64,000 nt of DNA from Eledone cirrhosa (Eukaryota), in assembly GCA_964016885.1 (NCBI GenBank), contig OZ024753.1:12028001-12092000 (forward strand). The letters run 5' to 3'. Below are positions 27,712 through 43,219 of the stretch, piece after piece. Every line of letters starts with the position of its first letter. The first letter of the stretch is position 1. The notes below the pieces were generated by a model. The model was not told the origin of the DNA and searched no databases. It worked only from the letters and a program-made list of their open reading frames with translations. The position numbers were made by a program, and so were the translations under genes.

Positions 27712-28545
27712 TATATTGTTGCTATATGTCACTGAACGAGGCTGTAACCGACTAGAATTGGCTTTCTCCAGGTTTCAAATTTAAACAAAGATATTTTATC
27801 GTGTAAAATGTGCCAAGTTAAAAAACATTTCGTAGAGTCGAGTCTAAATTCTGACATGCCAAATCAGTATTGTCCACTTTAATTCTAACTAGGTAATCTA
27901 AACATGTTCATTACCAAAGTCTCAAGCTCAAAGCCATACGTATCACATATCTTTTAAAATTTCATGCAGGGAACAAACTATTGCACACATTTAGTAACTG
28001 ATTTCAATAAAATATAATTTTACTTTTATTTTCCTCTCCAGTATTCTTTATAAATACAATAGTTTTCCATTCCAATAAGCTGGACGTATTTGTAACTAGA
28101 CGAAATTGGTATTGCTGATAACAATCTCGCAGATTTCCTATACATTATTCGCTTTGATCTCAACAATCGTCTGCTGCTGTGTTCGCATCCATTATGATAC
28201 AAGAGTGGAATTAAAAGATATGTTTAATATAGATCAATTTATTATGAATGTTTCTGCCGATACTTAGTGAGTTACCTAATAGAAAATCAATACGAAATAG
28301 ACCATACTTTCCAGAAATGTATGCTGGTCTAATTCTCATTTTAATCCATGTCTCGTATGCGTATTCATTATTTTCTAGTAATCAACTTTTAAAAAGTTCA
28401 TGTAAAACTTGCTTGATTTCAGTTAAATCTCTCTTAATATTCACTAGCATTCTTTTTAAATAGAAGACTTTCCAGAGATGGATTATGGTCTAATTCTCAT
28501 TTTAATCGGTGTCTCGTATGCTTATTCATTATATTCTAGTAATCA

Positions 28546-28690
28546 GGTGGATTGGCAGTATCGGTAGAGCGCCACACTCTATGATTTGCAACCTAGAGTT
28601 ATGGCCTTTTACATTCTGATTTAAAATCCTATATTCCGTGAGTCATGTATTATAGATAAATTAACTTTACCAAAAGTAAAAACAATTCTA
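28546..28690 (+). mobile_element. Degenerate SINE family A with TSD, inserted in one unit of a ~160 bp tandem duplication
   Basis: ggtggattggcagtatcggtag head, aaagtaaaaacaatt end, attctagtaat on both sides. Confidence 0.65.
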
Positions 28691-29404
28691 TTCTAGTAAT
28701 TAATTTTTCACAAGTTCATGTAGTAAAACGTGCTTGATTTCAGTTAAATATCTCTTAACATATATGTACCACTAACATTCTCTTTTTAAATAAAACACTT
28801 GTTGTTTAAATAACATGCCGAATCTTGTCTTGCCGGTTTTGATTTCAACCATACTTGACAGTATAGATGGAATGTAAATACCTGAAACGTCTTTGAATAC
28901 CATACTAGAGAACATTTGGAGTATTCTTTAACATCAATCTATTTAGATACTAGTGCGCTTAAACTGATCGTTTCGAATGAGCTACATAATTACCATGCAC
29001 GAAGTTTTGACAGAGCTCATAAAGAAAATGCATATGAACCTCAAAATAACATACTTTGCAATTGATCTAATTTCAAAGATGTATACGCACGCAAACGCAC
29101 ACGCAAACGCGCACACATTTAGTTGAAGGAAACGGCAAAACAAGGGTGCGAAAAGTCTTATTAGTTTCATGCTTTATATGGAAAAGGGGAAAGAAAGTTT
29201 GATGTGTCGGGTTTTAGCTCTTCTTCAGGAGAATAAAAATAGACAGGAGCACGAAGGATATATATATATATATATATATACACGCACGCACGCGCGCGAT
29301 GGCTGTCCCCTCGTTATTGAGTATGGCAATTGCACTAGAAAAAAAAATATATATATCAATAATAATAATAACAACAATAATAATGACAGCAACAACAAGG
29401 ATAG

Positions 29405-29483
<79 letters not shown>

Positions 29484-29524
29484 CACACGCATAAACATAT
29501 CTATACACACACACACGATAGCAA

Positions 29525-30080
29525 CTAACAGCGCTGCGATCGAATGTGGCTTTTTAGCCCAGCCAATGATCTAAAATGTCTTGCACAGAGTCGGCAACCA
29601 AAATATTCACTGGGAATAGTCGGCTGTGGTTGGAGTTCGTGTACTTTTGCATGTCGTTTGAGCCCTCCTGCTGATTTACATTCTCTACCACATGTGTGGC
29701 AAGCATGATGAGTAGCATCTCCAACAGCAGCCTGGTAGTCAACCACTGATCTTACTTTATGACTGCGAAGATGACTTTTGAGTCTAGCTTTGCTTAGGCA
29801 GAGTTTCGCACAGACGCTGCATGTCAGCACCATAGGAGGATCCTCGCCGTCTGGAAGTGTAACAGCAATGCCCTTCCTCACATCGCGCTTTACTTTCTCG
29901 TATGCGATTCGAGATGCCTCAAAGGCAACTTTTCCCTCATATACAGTTTTTCTCCATTTATTACGATCAGCAGCAATATTTTCATATGTATCAGCAGAGA
30001 TGTTAGCGTCTTTCAAAGAGGCTTTCAAGGAATACTTATATCTCTTTTTTTGTTTTGTTTTCCTTTAACTAACTCTCCAT
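29525..30080 (-). pseudogene. RTE-like LINE C-terminal fragment with three C2H2 zinc fingers
   Basis: KKRYKYSLKASLK...YENIAADRNKWR (RTE post-RT motif), then CSVC..H..H, CHTC..H..H and CRLC..H. Confidence 0.75.
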
Positions 30081-30232
30081 AAAAATACATACATACATGC
30101 ATACACACATACATACATACATACATACATACATTTGAATGTCGCATCATATCTCTCTGACTACATCTACGAACCTCGAAGCGTAGGAACCCGTTACTCG
30201 AGAAAATCTACCTGCATTAAACAGATAAGATC

Positions 30233-31171
30233 ATGAGAGTTGGAAAGGAACTCCTCGAGAGATATTCCCTGTGTGATAATCAAAAACTCACACCCTGGGA
30301 TGTCGCTCAGCAGTATAGCAGTAAATCCATGGATGAAAAACTGCATGCCTATCAGCAAAATATCATGCATGGATATGTTGCCAGGAAGCTCCAGAGTGAG
30401 AGTAATATAGATAAGGAAAGTAGTCTATCTTGGAGCAACAACCGCTATATTGGCTCCCGCTTTGAAGGATACTTTTTTGCAGTCCAGGAACAGGAGATTA
30501 GCACGAAATACCTGATTCACAAAAGAGATAGGGATGCAGGCAAAACACCTAGATGTGATAACAAGTGCAGACTCTGCAGAATTAACATCGAGGATATCAC
30601 CCATGTCCTCAGCATCTGTCCAAAGATGTCATCGCGGTACTATCTACCTATGAGGCATGATGTAGTCGCCAAAACACTGCACAATGCAGTTCGTAAAAAA
30701 GATAGCCCCGATAATAAAAACATTAAAAGCTACAACAATGTGGAAGACATTCATGTACATAATATGAAAGAGTACTGGTGGAATGTTCCAGTAAAAACCC
30801 CAATAAAATGCAGGCATAACATACCAGATATTATGATATGGGACAGAGAGAAGAAAGCATGCACAGTAGTGGAAATTGGCTGCCCAGCAGATGCCAATAT
30901 AATATCAAAGATTAGTGAAAAGGAGAATATTTATGCAGAGCTGATGAGAAATCTGCAGATACTCCACCCTGATTACACCTTCAGATTTATGCCAGTGATT
31001 ATTGGGGCAATGGGATATGTTAGTAACTGCCTCAATACAAATCTTGAGAAGCTAGGCTTCACAGGAACAGAAAGAACACAACTAGTTAGGAAATTACAAG
31101 TACAATCCATTAATGGAACAGTCACAATATGTAAAACATTCCAAACATTTTTATCTAATAACTGCATATAA
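30233..31171 (+). pseudogene. 3' fragment of an R4/Dong-like non-LTR retrotransposon (zinc knuckle plus restriction-like endonuclease)
   Basis: CRLC-x7-H-x4-C knuckle, RHD, PDIMIWD..VVEIGCP, K..Y, PVIIGAMG. The 312 aa ORF is open but has no RT. Confidence 0.85.
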
Positions 31172-31508
31172 ACATATACAGATGCAGAGCATTTACACAT
31201 GCACACATACAACTCAAAACATCCACATCCACACATACAATAACATCCATACACACATAGACACATATACATATACATATATATATATATATATACATAT
31301 ATAATATATAAGATCAAAAGATGGTTAAAGGAGTTCCATGTATTTTATTATGCGCATTTCAAAAACAAACATATTCATGCAATAATATTTGTGTTTTCAT
31401 CAGATAAAAAGGACATGATATGAAGGCTAAAAAACACTTGTGGATAGTGCAGTTTTAAATCAACATATTGATATGCATTGCTTTATTGTACTACAATAAA
31501 ACTCACCT

Positions 31509-32958
<1,450 letters not shown>

Positions 32959-33478
32959 TGAATAGATTCAGGATCCGAACTAAGCCATCAGTATTAGAAT
33001 GGACAGAATCTAGCTGACTTATCAAAGGTACAGTCCATATATGAGCATACAGTCCATATATGAGCATACAGTCCATATATGAGCATACACTCAAAGCAAA
33101 AAGGCAAAAATATCTAAGCATACAATCTTTAAAAGTTTGTTGTTTTTCTTGTTTTTCTCGGGAGTGGTCAGTGATATGGGGCGGGGAACCTTAGATCAAA
33201 TGGTTAATTTAGCCCTGCTACATGTCATGAATATAATTTATAACCTACTTATCGGTGGGGGTCCAGAGAGGCCAACCTGAAAATGTCAAGCCGGTCAAGC
33301 GCGCACACATGCCATTAAGAAAGATTCTTTCATCCGAAACAAGTATTCGTAATCTGTACAAACGGTATTATGCTTAACTTTAAATCGAGAGAGAGAATAA
33401 AATTTCGTCATCGGCCTTATTTTGTGTGTGTGTGTGGGCGTACCAACACCAGTAATTCACTGTGCTACACCACACGCA

Positions 33479-33540
<62 letters not shown>

Positions 33541-33542
<2 letters not shown>

Positions 33543-33743
33543 AACCAGTAAGACCCCGACAGCTGAGCTCAAGCCGTTTCGACGGCTAATTCTGGACTGA
33601 TTCTAGTCCAGAATTAGCCGTCGAAACGGCTTGAGCTCAGCTGTCGGGGTCTTACTGGTTCCTATTACCCACTCTACTACCTCAAGTATTGAGTACTTTG
33701 GTGCGTTATGGTCCACCTGGTTCCTTACCACATTTCCTTCGTT
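33541..33743 (+). mobile_element. gccgtcgaaacggc hairpin-plus-tail element in (TA)n
   Basis: Near-perfect ~58 bp arms with a ~6 nt loop, then tail ttacccactc...ccttcgtt. Confidence 0.9.
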
Positions 33744-33868
33744 ATATATATATATATATATGTATATTGGAAAATGTGGGAAATCCTTGGTACAGTTAGG
33801 TATATTTGAAAAAAGGAAAAGAATGACGGTGAAGTCATTTTTTTTCCTTTGTTCAAATATATATATAT

Positions 33869-34058
33869 GGGAAAAAGTTTAACCCCGACGGCAGAGTTAA
33901 ACCCGTTTCGACGGCTATTTCTGTACCAGGTCCAGAAATAGCCGTCCAAACGACTTGAGCTCCGCCGTCGGGGTGTTAAACTTTTTCCTATTACCCACAA
34001 GTATTGAGTACTCTGGTGCGTTATGGTTCATCTGGTTCCTTACCACACTTCCTTCGTT
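33869..34058 (+). mobile_element. gccgtcgaaacggc hairpin-plus-tail element in (TA)n
   Basis: About 55 bp arms plus tail. Confidence 0.85.
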
Positions 34059-35313
34059 ATATATATATATATAACGTGCGTACGTACGCCTATATTTATG
34101 AAGACATTGTATTTGACTTTTTGTATCTTTCTTAAATATATTGCCATTGTCAATATAGTCCACAATATTTTCCCAATTGTAGCCACGCAAGATAGCACTT
34201 TCTAAAATATTTTCAGCCATAAATTCTCCTTCAAAGAAATATGAGAAACGTAGAAAGATAATACCATTACAAGTGAATAGGAGTTAAACTACCTAGACCT
34301 TCGCTTTAGCACTGTGAATAATATCTCATGTTTCTAGAAAATGAAACGAATCCCAATGGTTTATCTAATGTAACCTAAACATTAATCTGAATTACACATC
34401 TATTTTACATCAAACGCTAATAGAATATACATAAATCTAAAAGTTTTCTTTCAATCATGTGTACAAACTGCATGTTTAAGAAGTCAAAAGCCAGAGTTAA
34501 TATATAATGAAAACGGAGCCCATATATCACAAATGTGCATTATTATAGGTTTTTCGAAGCACATATATTGTGAGTAAATATATGATTTGTTGCTGGAAAT
34601 ATGAGGCAATACGTCTGGAAGTGAATTCCTATTTGAGGTATAGGTCCAAATCTGACAAGAGGAAATATGTGGTCATCTGAATTGGCAAAATATATATAAA
34701 GGGAAATACGAGCTTTTGTATAACTTCCTATTAATGGAGAAGAGGTTTCACACCTTTAGCTTTGAGGTCAAATATCTGTGTCGATAAATAGTTTAGCACT
34801 CCAACTGCGATGGATTGGTGGAATTGACAACGAGTCGTACGGTGTGCCTGGTGAGTTACATCTAGCTCTCTACGATGTGAGTTAAATTTCCGTTTTCTCC
34901 TCCTCCTCGCAGGAGTTGCATCCGGCAGATAGTATCATCAATTGAAATATAATTGAAAACAATATTTCCATGTTCCTCTCTAGCAATCGTCTATTATGAT
35001 TGTCTAATTATAATCTTGCTTGAAAAGCATATAAACAAACATATATGGAGCAAAGTGTACAAGTATATCATGTATAGATCGTCTGTTACGAAACTTTACT
35101 TTTCAAAGCTTATCGTCTGCTGTGCAAAATTTATTATTTTTCAAAAAGATCTATTCCGTGAGACAGGTATTTTAGACAAGTTATAGTTTTGCATTATTAC
35201 AAGATACAAACATATTCGTGACATGACAAAAACGCATGTATTAAAGCAACAATAGATATATTGATGAATTTATGATTATAATTTTCAATAAAGATTCCAT
35301 GACAATTTTAATC

Positions 35314-35377
<64 letters not shown>

Positions 35378-35378
35378 A

Positions 35379-35411
<33 letters not shown>

Positions 35412-35556
35412 AATATATATATAAATATATATATATATAAATATATAATATAAATATATATATATATAAATATATAATATAAATATATATATATATAAAT
35501 ATATAATATAAATATATATATATATAAATATATAATATAAATATATATATATATAA

Positions 35557-35588
<32 letters not shown>

Positions 35589-35874
35589 ATTAATTATAAC
35601 CACTACCATACCATTCACTCAATATTAATTCGTGCTTTAAAGGTTTTGTTTGCATGGAGGAAGTTAAGATGCTAAGATGCAGCTTTGTAATGTCAACTTA
35701 TATATCATGTTTTTCTTATGTATATTAATATACCATCGGGTATTTTTTCTATATCACGAAGTTAAAGATTTTACAAAACAGGATCGTCTGCTGCAATTAT
35801 CACGAACTCAAACACGCACTCATACAAACTCTCATTCACATTAAGAAACACGCCTCCCGCATCTGTCTGTCTAT

Positions 35875-35879
<5 letters not shown>

Positions 35880-35923
<44 letters not shown>

Positions 35924-35930
35924 TATGTAC

Positions 35931-35963
<33 letters not shown>

Positions 35964-36019
35964 TGTGTGTTAAATATTTCCATGGAAAAGGTATATATGT
36001 ATATATATATACATATATA

Positions 36020-36065
<46 letters not shown>

Positions 36066-36095
36066 TGTGTGTTAAATATTTCCATGGAAAAGGTA

Positions 36096-36141
<46 letters not shown>

Positions 36142-36240
36142 TATGTACATATATATATATATACACACATATATGTGTGTTAAATATTTCCATGGAAAAG
36201 GTATATATGTATCTATATATATATATATACATATATATTT

Positions 36241-36290
<50 letters not shown>
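35880..36290. repeat. Three ~105 bp units (gtgttaaatatttccatggaaaagg embedded in TA)
   Basis: Core repeated at ~35967, ~36069 and ~36177. Confidence 0.85.
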
Positions 36291-36354
36291 TGGCTGCCCC
36301 CTCGTTATGGCCATTGCACGATATACCATTATTAATCATTAATTAATTCTATTT

Positions 36355-36502
36355 TCCAGCATAGTTACGTCCCTTTATGATCTGAGTTCAAATCCCGCCG
36401 AGGTTAACTTTGCCTTTCATCCTTGCGGGGTCGATAAAATAAAGTACCAGTAATGCACTGGAGGTAATTGCTGGCCTTGTGCCTAAAGTAGAAACAATTA
36501 AT
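36355..36502 (+). mobile_element. SINE family A, 5'-truncated
   Basis: Family body and 3' end. Confidence 0.85.
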
Positions 36503-36731
36503 TCTATCGTGCAATACCTGTGCGTAAAGATATTTTTGAAAGTGGGGAAAGACTGTGCACTGAGCCAATCCCACTCTCTGAGCGACAGTAGCTATAACCC
36601 GAAAAGAAGAAATACATACATATATATGTATATATACATACATATGTATGTATATATACATACATATGTATGTATATATACATACATACATATGTATATA
36701 TACATACATATATATATATGTATGTATATAT

Positions 36732-37305
36732 ATGGTGGCTGCCAACTCGTATTCGAGTACGGCCACTACTATATATCTATGCAGGAGAACCCCAACCGAT
36801 GCGCTGAACGAGTGTGACTTTTTAGTCCAGCCAGCGACTTAAAAACTCTGGTACAAACACTACACTTGTGACAATTATTGACACTAAGTGCTGGGCCCGT
36901 GGTACCAGATATAAAGCAATGCCTGTGCCGTGAAGCTTTTATAGTGAGCAAAGGCACTGCACAAAGCAAGTCCCACTCTCTTAACCAAGATGATATTTAC
37001 CAAAAAGAACAACAAGTCAACATCATTGGATACCATCAGGGTTGCAGGTGTTATATCAGCGTTTTCCTTCTCCTAGAATTCTGCCTTGACAAAGGCTAAG
37101 GGGTCATCTCTCCCGGTGATTTTGGATGGCCATTGACTCTTAAGAGCTCCTTTGCCCTTTGATAGGCTTTGTTTTTAGTCCTGCAGGATGTACAAAGTCA
37201 CCCTCCTCACCAAGAAACCTTGGTGGGGTTGCCATTTTAGTCGCCAACGACCCGACCATGAGACAGGTTGTACTGGGATACATGTTACCAGTAGCACCAA
37301 CTGGT
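36732..37305 (-). mobile_element. Full copy of non-autonomous RTE-derived element
   Basis: Reverse complement of 17061-17650. Encodes [26 protein letters not shown]. Lies in a TA/TATG tract. Confidence 0.85.
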
Positions 37306-37451
37306 ACATATATATATATATATATATGTACATATATATATATACATATATATACATATATGCATGTATACATACATGTACATATATACATACATGTACA
37401 TACACGTACATACATGTACATATATATATATATATATACATACATGTACCC

Positions 37452-37482
<31 letters not shown>

Positions 37483-37644
37483 CATGTACATACATATATA
37501 CATATATATACATGTGTACATATATATACATATATGAATATATGTATATACATGTGTATATATATATATATATACATATGTATATATATATATATATACA
37601 TATGTATATACATATATATATGTATATACATATGTATATACATG

Positions 37645-37675
<31 letters not shown>

Positions 37676-38065
37676 GTATGTATATGTGAGTACGTGTGTA
37701 TGTGTGTGCGTGTGCGTGTGTCTATACATATTTATATGTAAAATTTTGTGTTGGTTTTTTTGCTTACTTACATATCACTTTCATGACACAAAGTCGTAGA
37801 CTATTCATCTATAAGCATATAAACATTTTCGGTATTGTCTTTGATGATTTCTATGTTAAATGAACCGTTCTTTCCATGGTATTTCTTTTAGCCAAGTGAC
37901 TGTATCGAAATATTTTCACATATTCGCCAATGTAGAAGTAACCAGTAAATATGTTGTTTGTAGCTGTTTTTAGTGTTAGTGTCTTGACTTAAAATGATTG
38001 AAGTTTTAGTCATTTAAATTATTCAACGTTTTTTTTTTTGTAGTTCCTTTGTGTTTGTTTTTAAA

Positions 38066-38330
38066 TGTAACATACAATTTGGTAAGCTTGGCTGGAGAAG
38101 GCAAGAGGATTCCGGGAAAGAACTACCATTGGTACATATGTTTATCTCCTCGACGTAGAAGTAAGAAGAATTAACACTCGACGGCTTTTTCGTGTGTGTT
38201 TTAGATGTAACATACCGTTTGGTAAACTTGGCTTGAGGAGGCTAGAGAATTCTCGATTCCGGGAAAGAACTACCATTGGTACATATGTTTAACTACTCGC
38301 CGTAGAAGTAAGAAGAATTAACACTCGACG
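38066..38330. repeat. ~140 bp tandem duplication
   Basis: tgtaacatac..ttccgggaaagaactaccattggtacatatgttt..gtagaagtaagaagaattaacactcgacgg occurs twice. Confidence 0.85.
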
Positions 38331-38892
38331 GTATTTCAATACGGAACTTATCGATCTTGGCAATATGCTTACCTTCTTAAATTTAGAATATTTTCCACCG
38401 AACTTAAACCTTATTCCATGAGAGTATGTTTGTCAAACTATGAAGGAGTGAAGCTAGGGCTCTGAAAGCTTGTAAGCATTAATTTTAACTCTTCTTAATA
38501 ACTGCATTGTTTCTTTTCAGGGATTGTGTTAAAAATAAACCCCCATTTGGCCATTCCATGAGAGTATCTTAATCAGTCTGGGAATTTTAAATCTATTAAC
38601 TTTTCAGCCACTCCTTGTATATAAACTTATTCTGCATAAACATTTCTGATATGTGATTGAGGATTTGGATGGAGGATGTCCGCCAGGATCAAGCTAGGCT
38701 TGGCCTGGCCCAAGTAAGACCGGCAGACAGTAACACATCGAGCACTTAGGATTGTGTCTTGCATAATAAAAAACTGGGTAATGATGATGATGGTTATATT
38801 ATAATATGGTTGCACTGTAAGGTTGATTTCAGGCGATTGTTGTCTTATTCAAAATAATTATACTACACTATACGTTGTGAAACTTATCTTAA

Positions 38893-39698
38893 CTATCAGA
38901 AAAACCACCTTTCGGGTGGTCTTCTACGAGCATGTGTAGTGTGCATATTGATATTATACGCAAATATATATACATGTAGATATGATACGTCAAATAAAAC
39001 CGTAATTGAGAATATGCAAAGAAATTGAAGAGAGTCTGTGTTACACTGTCTTCTGTAATCAGTAAAGTAATCCATGATACATTTAAAAAAAGACGATATT
39101 ATATATGAACTGCATTAGGAGAAAATTAGCGACGGAAATACATGAACGTTTATATAAGCGATGTAATAAGTTTTATACTATACCTGTTTCTACTATTGGC
39201 ACAAGGCCAGCAATCAACCTAGTGTATTACTGGTACTTTATTTTATCGACGCCGTAAGGATAAAAGGCTAAGTCGGGCGCTAACCGGAAATGTTGACTTT
39301 TTAAATTTTAAACAAGTGAATCTTGAAATAAGCAATACAATTATTTATATTTAGTCCAATCAAGAGTTACGAAATGTAGTACATAAATTATGTAATATTC
39401 AGTCATTATTTATAGAAAGGGCGGTGGATTGGCAGTATCGGTAGAGGGTCGGACGCCATGCTTTGACGCATAGAGTTACGGCCCTTGCCATTCTGAGTTC
39501 AAATCCCGCCGAGGTTAACTTTACCTTTCATCCTTACGGGGTCGATAAAATAAAGTACCAGTAATACACTGGAATAATCGCTGGCCTTGTGCCAAAAGTA
39601 GAAACAATTATTTATACAAAGTAATCCAACTTACTTTACAAACGTGATAAAAGAATATATCCAGGACGCAGTACCGCACTCCCTTTATTATATTATGA
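38893..39698 (-). mobile_element. Non-autonomous Helitron copy interrupted by two SINEs (39184-39275 -, 39419-39612 +)
   Basis: Homologous to 51741-52297. 5' A|TCataatataataaag, 3' hairpin accacccgaaaggtggt then ATAG|T. Confidence 0.75.
39419..39612 (+). mobile_element. Full-length SINE family A reference copy (~190 bp)
   Basis: A-box-like tggcagtatcgg, B-box gagttcaaatccc, body gcctttcatcc..ggggtcgataaaataaagtaccag, (att)n tail. Confidence 0.9.
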
Positions 39699-39924
39699 TG
39701 GGGTGTTGTTTGTGGTTGCTCTCACTCTCAGCTTAATGAAGGGGTATTTAAGACCAGGCAGTATTGAACCATAACAGTCAGACACACACCACTATAACTT
39801 TAGTTATAGAAATGTTTATAAATTTCCCTTAATCAAACTTTCTATATGTATTTCCTAATGCGCCATAAATATGGCGTAACGTGATTAAATACATAAAATA
39901 ACTATAATATATACACACGCACGC

Positions 39925-40990
39925 GGGCATACACAGTACACACATACACAGTATACACATACAGTATACACATACAGTATACACATACAGTATACACATA
40001 CACAGTATACACATACAGAGTATATACATACACAGTACACACATACACAGTACACACATACACAGTATACACATACACAGTATACACATACACAGTACAC
40101 GCATATAAGCAGACACATATAACCAGACACACATATAACCAGACACACATATAACCAGACACACATATAAGCAGACACACATATAAGCAGACACACATAT
40201 AAGCAGACACACATATAAGCAGACACACATATAAGCAGACAAGCAGCCACAACTAAGCAGACAGCCACAACTAAGCAGACAGACACATCTAAGCAGACAG
40301 ACACATCTAAGCAGACAGACACATCTAAGCAGACACACGTCTAAGCAGACAGACACATCTAAGCAGACAGACACATCTAAGCAGACAGACACGTCTAAGC
40401 AGACAGACACGTCTAAGCAGACAGACACGTCTAAGCAGACAGACACGTCTAAGCAGACAGACACATCTAAGCAGACAGACACATCTAAGCAGACAGACAC
40501 ATCTAAGCAGGCAGACACATCTAAGCAGGCAGACACATCTAAGCAGACAGACACATCTAAGCAGACAGACACATCTAAGCAGACAGACACATCTAAGCAG
40601 ACAGACACATCTAAGCAGACAGACACATCTAAGCAGACAGACACATCTAAGCAGACAGGCACATCTAAGCAGACAGGCACATCTAAGCAGACAGGCACAT
40701 CTCAGCAGACAGGCACATCTCAGCAGACAGGCACATCTCAGCAGACAGGCACATCTCAGCAGACAGGCACATCTCAGCAGACAGGCACATCTCAGCAGAC
40801 AGGCACATCTCAGCAGACAGGCACATCTCAGCAGACAGGCACATCTCAGCAGACAGGCACATCTCAGCAGACAGGCACATCTCAGCAGACAGGCACATCT
40901 CAGCAGACAGGCACATCTCAGCAGACAGGCACATCTCAGCAGACAGGCACATCTCAGCAGACAGGCACATCTCAGCAGACAGGCAGACTC
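39925..40990. repeat. Compound minisatellite: 14-16 bp, 18 bp (agcagacagacacatcta) and 17 bp (agcagacaggcacatctc) blocks
   Basis: Directly visible. Confidence 0.95.
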
Positions 40991-41329
40991 ATAATAAAAT
41001 AAAATAAAATAAACACACACATGCACACACATATAGTTACATATATAGGCAGACAGAGTAAAATATAAAATGAACACACATATACATACACACAGTTACA
41101 TATATACACAAAAGAAAATAAGACATACACACATACATACACATACATACACATACACACATACACGCACAAAAAAAACAACGTTTTTTTTCTTTACTGA
41201 AATATAAATCTTTTGAGACATTTCTTCTCTTCCTCACATCCTGACATGTTTTGTCTGTTCTCTACATTACACTTCATACAATACCACAAATTATATTAAT
41301 AACCAAATAGTAGTATTAGTAATGATAAT

Positions 41330-41648
41330 GAAACTACTATTATTACTACTACTATTACTACTACTGGAACTACTACTATTACTACTACTACTATTACTAC
41401 TACTACTACTATTACTAATACTACTACTGGAACTACTACTATTACTACTACTACTATTACTACTAATACTATTAATACTACTACAGTCGCCACCTCCACT
41501 ACTTCTACTACTGCTACCACTACTACCGCTACTACTTCTTCTTCTACTAGTGACACCACTACCACTACTAGTTTTTCTTCTTCTACTAACCACACTATTA
41601 CTACTACGACTGCTATTATTATCATTATTATTATTATTATTATTATTA
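41330..41648. repeat. (TAC)n/(TAT)n trinucleotide repeat
   Basis: Directly visible. Confidence 0.9.
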
Positions 41649-41649
41649 A

Positions 41650-41855
41650 GGGCGGTGGATTGGCAGTATCGGTAGAGGGTCGGACGTCATGCTTTGCAGC
41701 ACAATTATGTCCCTTTACGGACTGAGTTCAAATGCCGTCGAGGTTAACTTTGCCTTTCATCCTTACGGGGTCGATAAAATAAAAGTACCAGTATAACACT
41801 GGAATAATTGCTGGCCTTATGCCAAAAAGTAGAAACTATTATTATTATTATTATT
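41650..41855 (+). mobile_element. Full-length SINE family A
   Basis: Matches 39419-39612. Flanked by (tta)n. Confidence 0.9.
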
Positions 41856-42224
41856 AATAATAATACAGAACCACGTATTTCAACAAGTATTTTAGAATAT
41901 ATTTTTTTAATTATATTTGGTAATATCTGTTTTGGATGAATTCATATTTCATTTTTCTTTATCTTTTTTTGTGTTGTTTGAAAAAAGAAAATGTTTTCCT
42001 GTCTAAAGTTTAATGAAAGGTTCTTTTCAACTTTATATTTTAAAATAAATGCTGTTTCGCTAGAAATATTCTCTAAATGCATAACAGAAAAAAAAAATAT
42101 CCCCAACAAACATTCAGTAATCATATTATAGAAACTTCTCGAATAATTTTAATATCAATCTACTACACCGTGTTTTATCAATACATTAATAGGCAGAATC
42201 AGATTCAATAGTATTTATATTATA

Positions 42225-42543
42225 CAATGTACCACCAGGCATTTATGGCCTCGGTTATACGCGGTTTTTCTTTTTTAAGACCTAACTAATAGGTGTTCGC
42301 GGAATGGACCGCATATTCACGGAATGGTAAATATCTTCCGCCAATTTTTTTATATCTTTTAACGCTAAATTATTAATAACAATATACCGTAATTGCCGAC
42401 CTATTGGATGTCCCTTCGCATAAGTTTACGTTATATTTTGACGTGCATAGGTATTTCTATGGACCACGTCCGATATTCTTCGCTTTTTGAGGCTTCGCGG
42501 ATGCTCTAGGAACGTAACGCCCGGGAATACCGGAGGACAACTG
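42225..42543. mobile_element. Degraded Tigger/pogo-like MITE
   Basis: The end ggaacgtaacgcccgggaataccggaggacaactg|TA is Tigger/MER2-like. The left end TA|caatgtaccaccaggcatt is degenerate. Confidence 0.5.
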
Positions 42544-42747
42544 TATATAAACTGTATATATACACTTACGCCTATTCTTTCTTATATTCATGACTGTATA
42601 TGCTGTATATACCTGTGTACTCTCACACATATCAGTACATAATAGTTTAATATAACCGTATTTATAAGTTTGGGGTTGTATTATATTTCAGTTTCATCGA
42701 GTTGGTTCTTCCAGTGTTTTATTAGCAACAGAAACTGTCTTTTATAT

Positions 42748-42894
42748 TTGGGGAGGGTCATATTGTTATAATATTGCCAGAAATAATAATAAAAAGTATT
42801 CCGTTTGGATTGGATTAGTTTTCGCTTCTGTGTATTTTTTATTTCCATAGTTAATTTATCTGGAACTCAATGTTTATCATTGATGTGACAACGG

Positions 42895-42935
<41 letters not shown>

Positions 42936-43183
42936 TATATATATATTAGAAAATATATAGCTTTCACCGTATTTTTAACTAAAGGAATTTTAGCTTGATA
43001 ACGGAGTTTAGAACCCTTAGATAAATGGAAAAAGATGAGTATTGACGTCAATACTCATCTTTTTCCATTTATCTGGGGGTTCTAAAACCCGTTATCAAGC
43101 TAAAATTCCTTTAGTTAAAAATACGGTGAAAGCTATATATTTTCTAATTTCAAACTCGCTCACTGTTTCAAAACATACTTACT

Positions 43184-43219
<36 letters not shown>

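Noticed and set aside
33180-33420. Unique, moderately GC-rich segment that might be a conserved enhancer
   Set aside because: No evidence is available from the sequence alone.
38660-38760. Possible exon ending caa|gtaaga, or LINE remnant WMEDVRQDQARLGL
   Set aside because: Too short, no convincing acceptor, ambiguous.
39419-39612. tRNA genes suggested by A/B boxes
   Set aside because: No cloverleaf; the boxes are heads of multi-copy SINEs.
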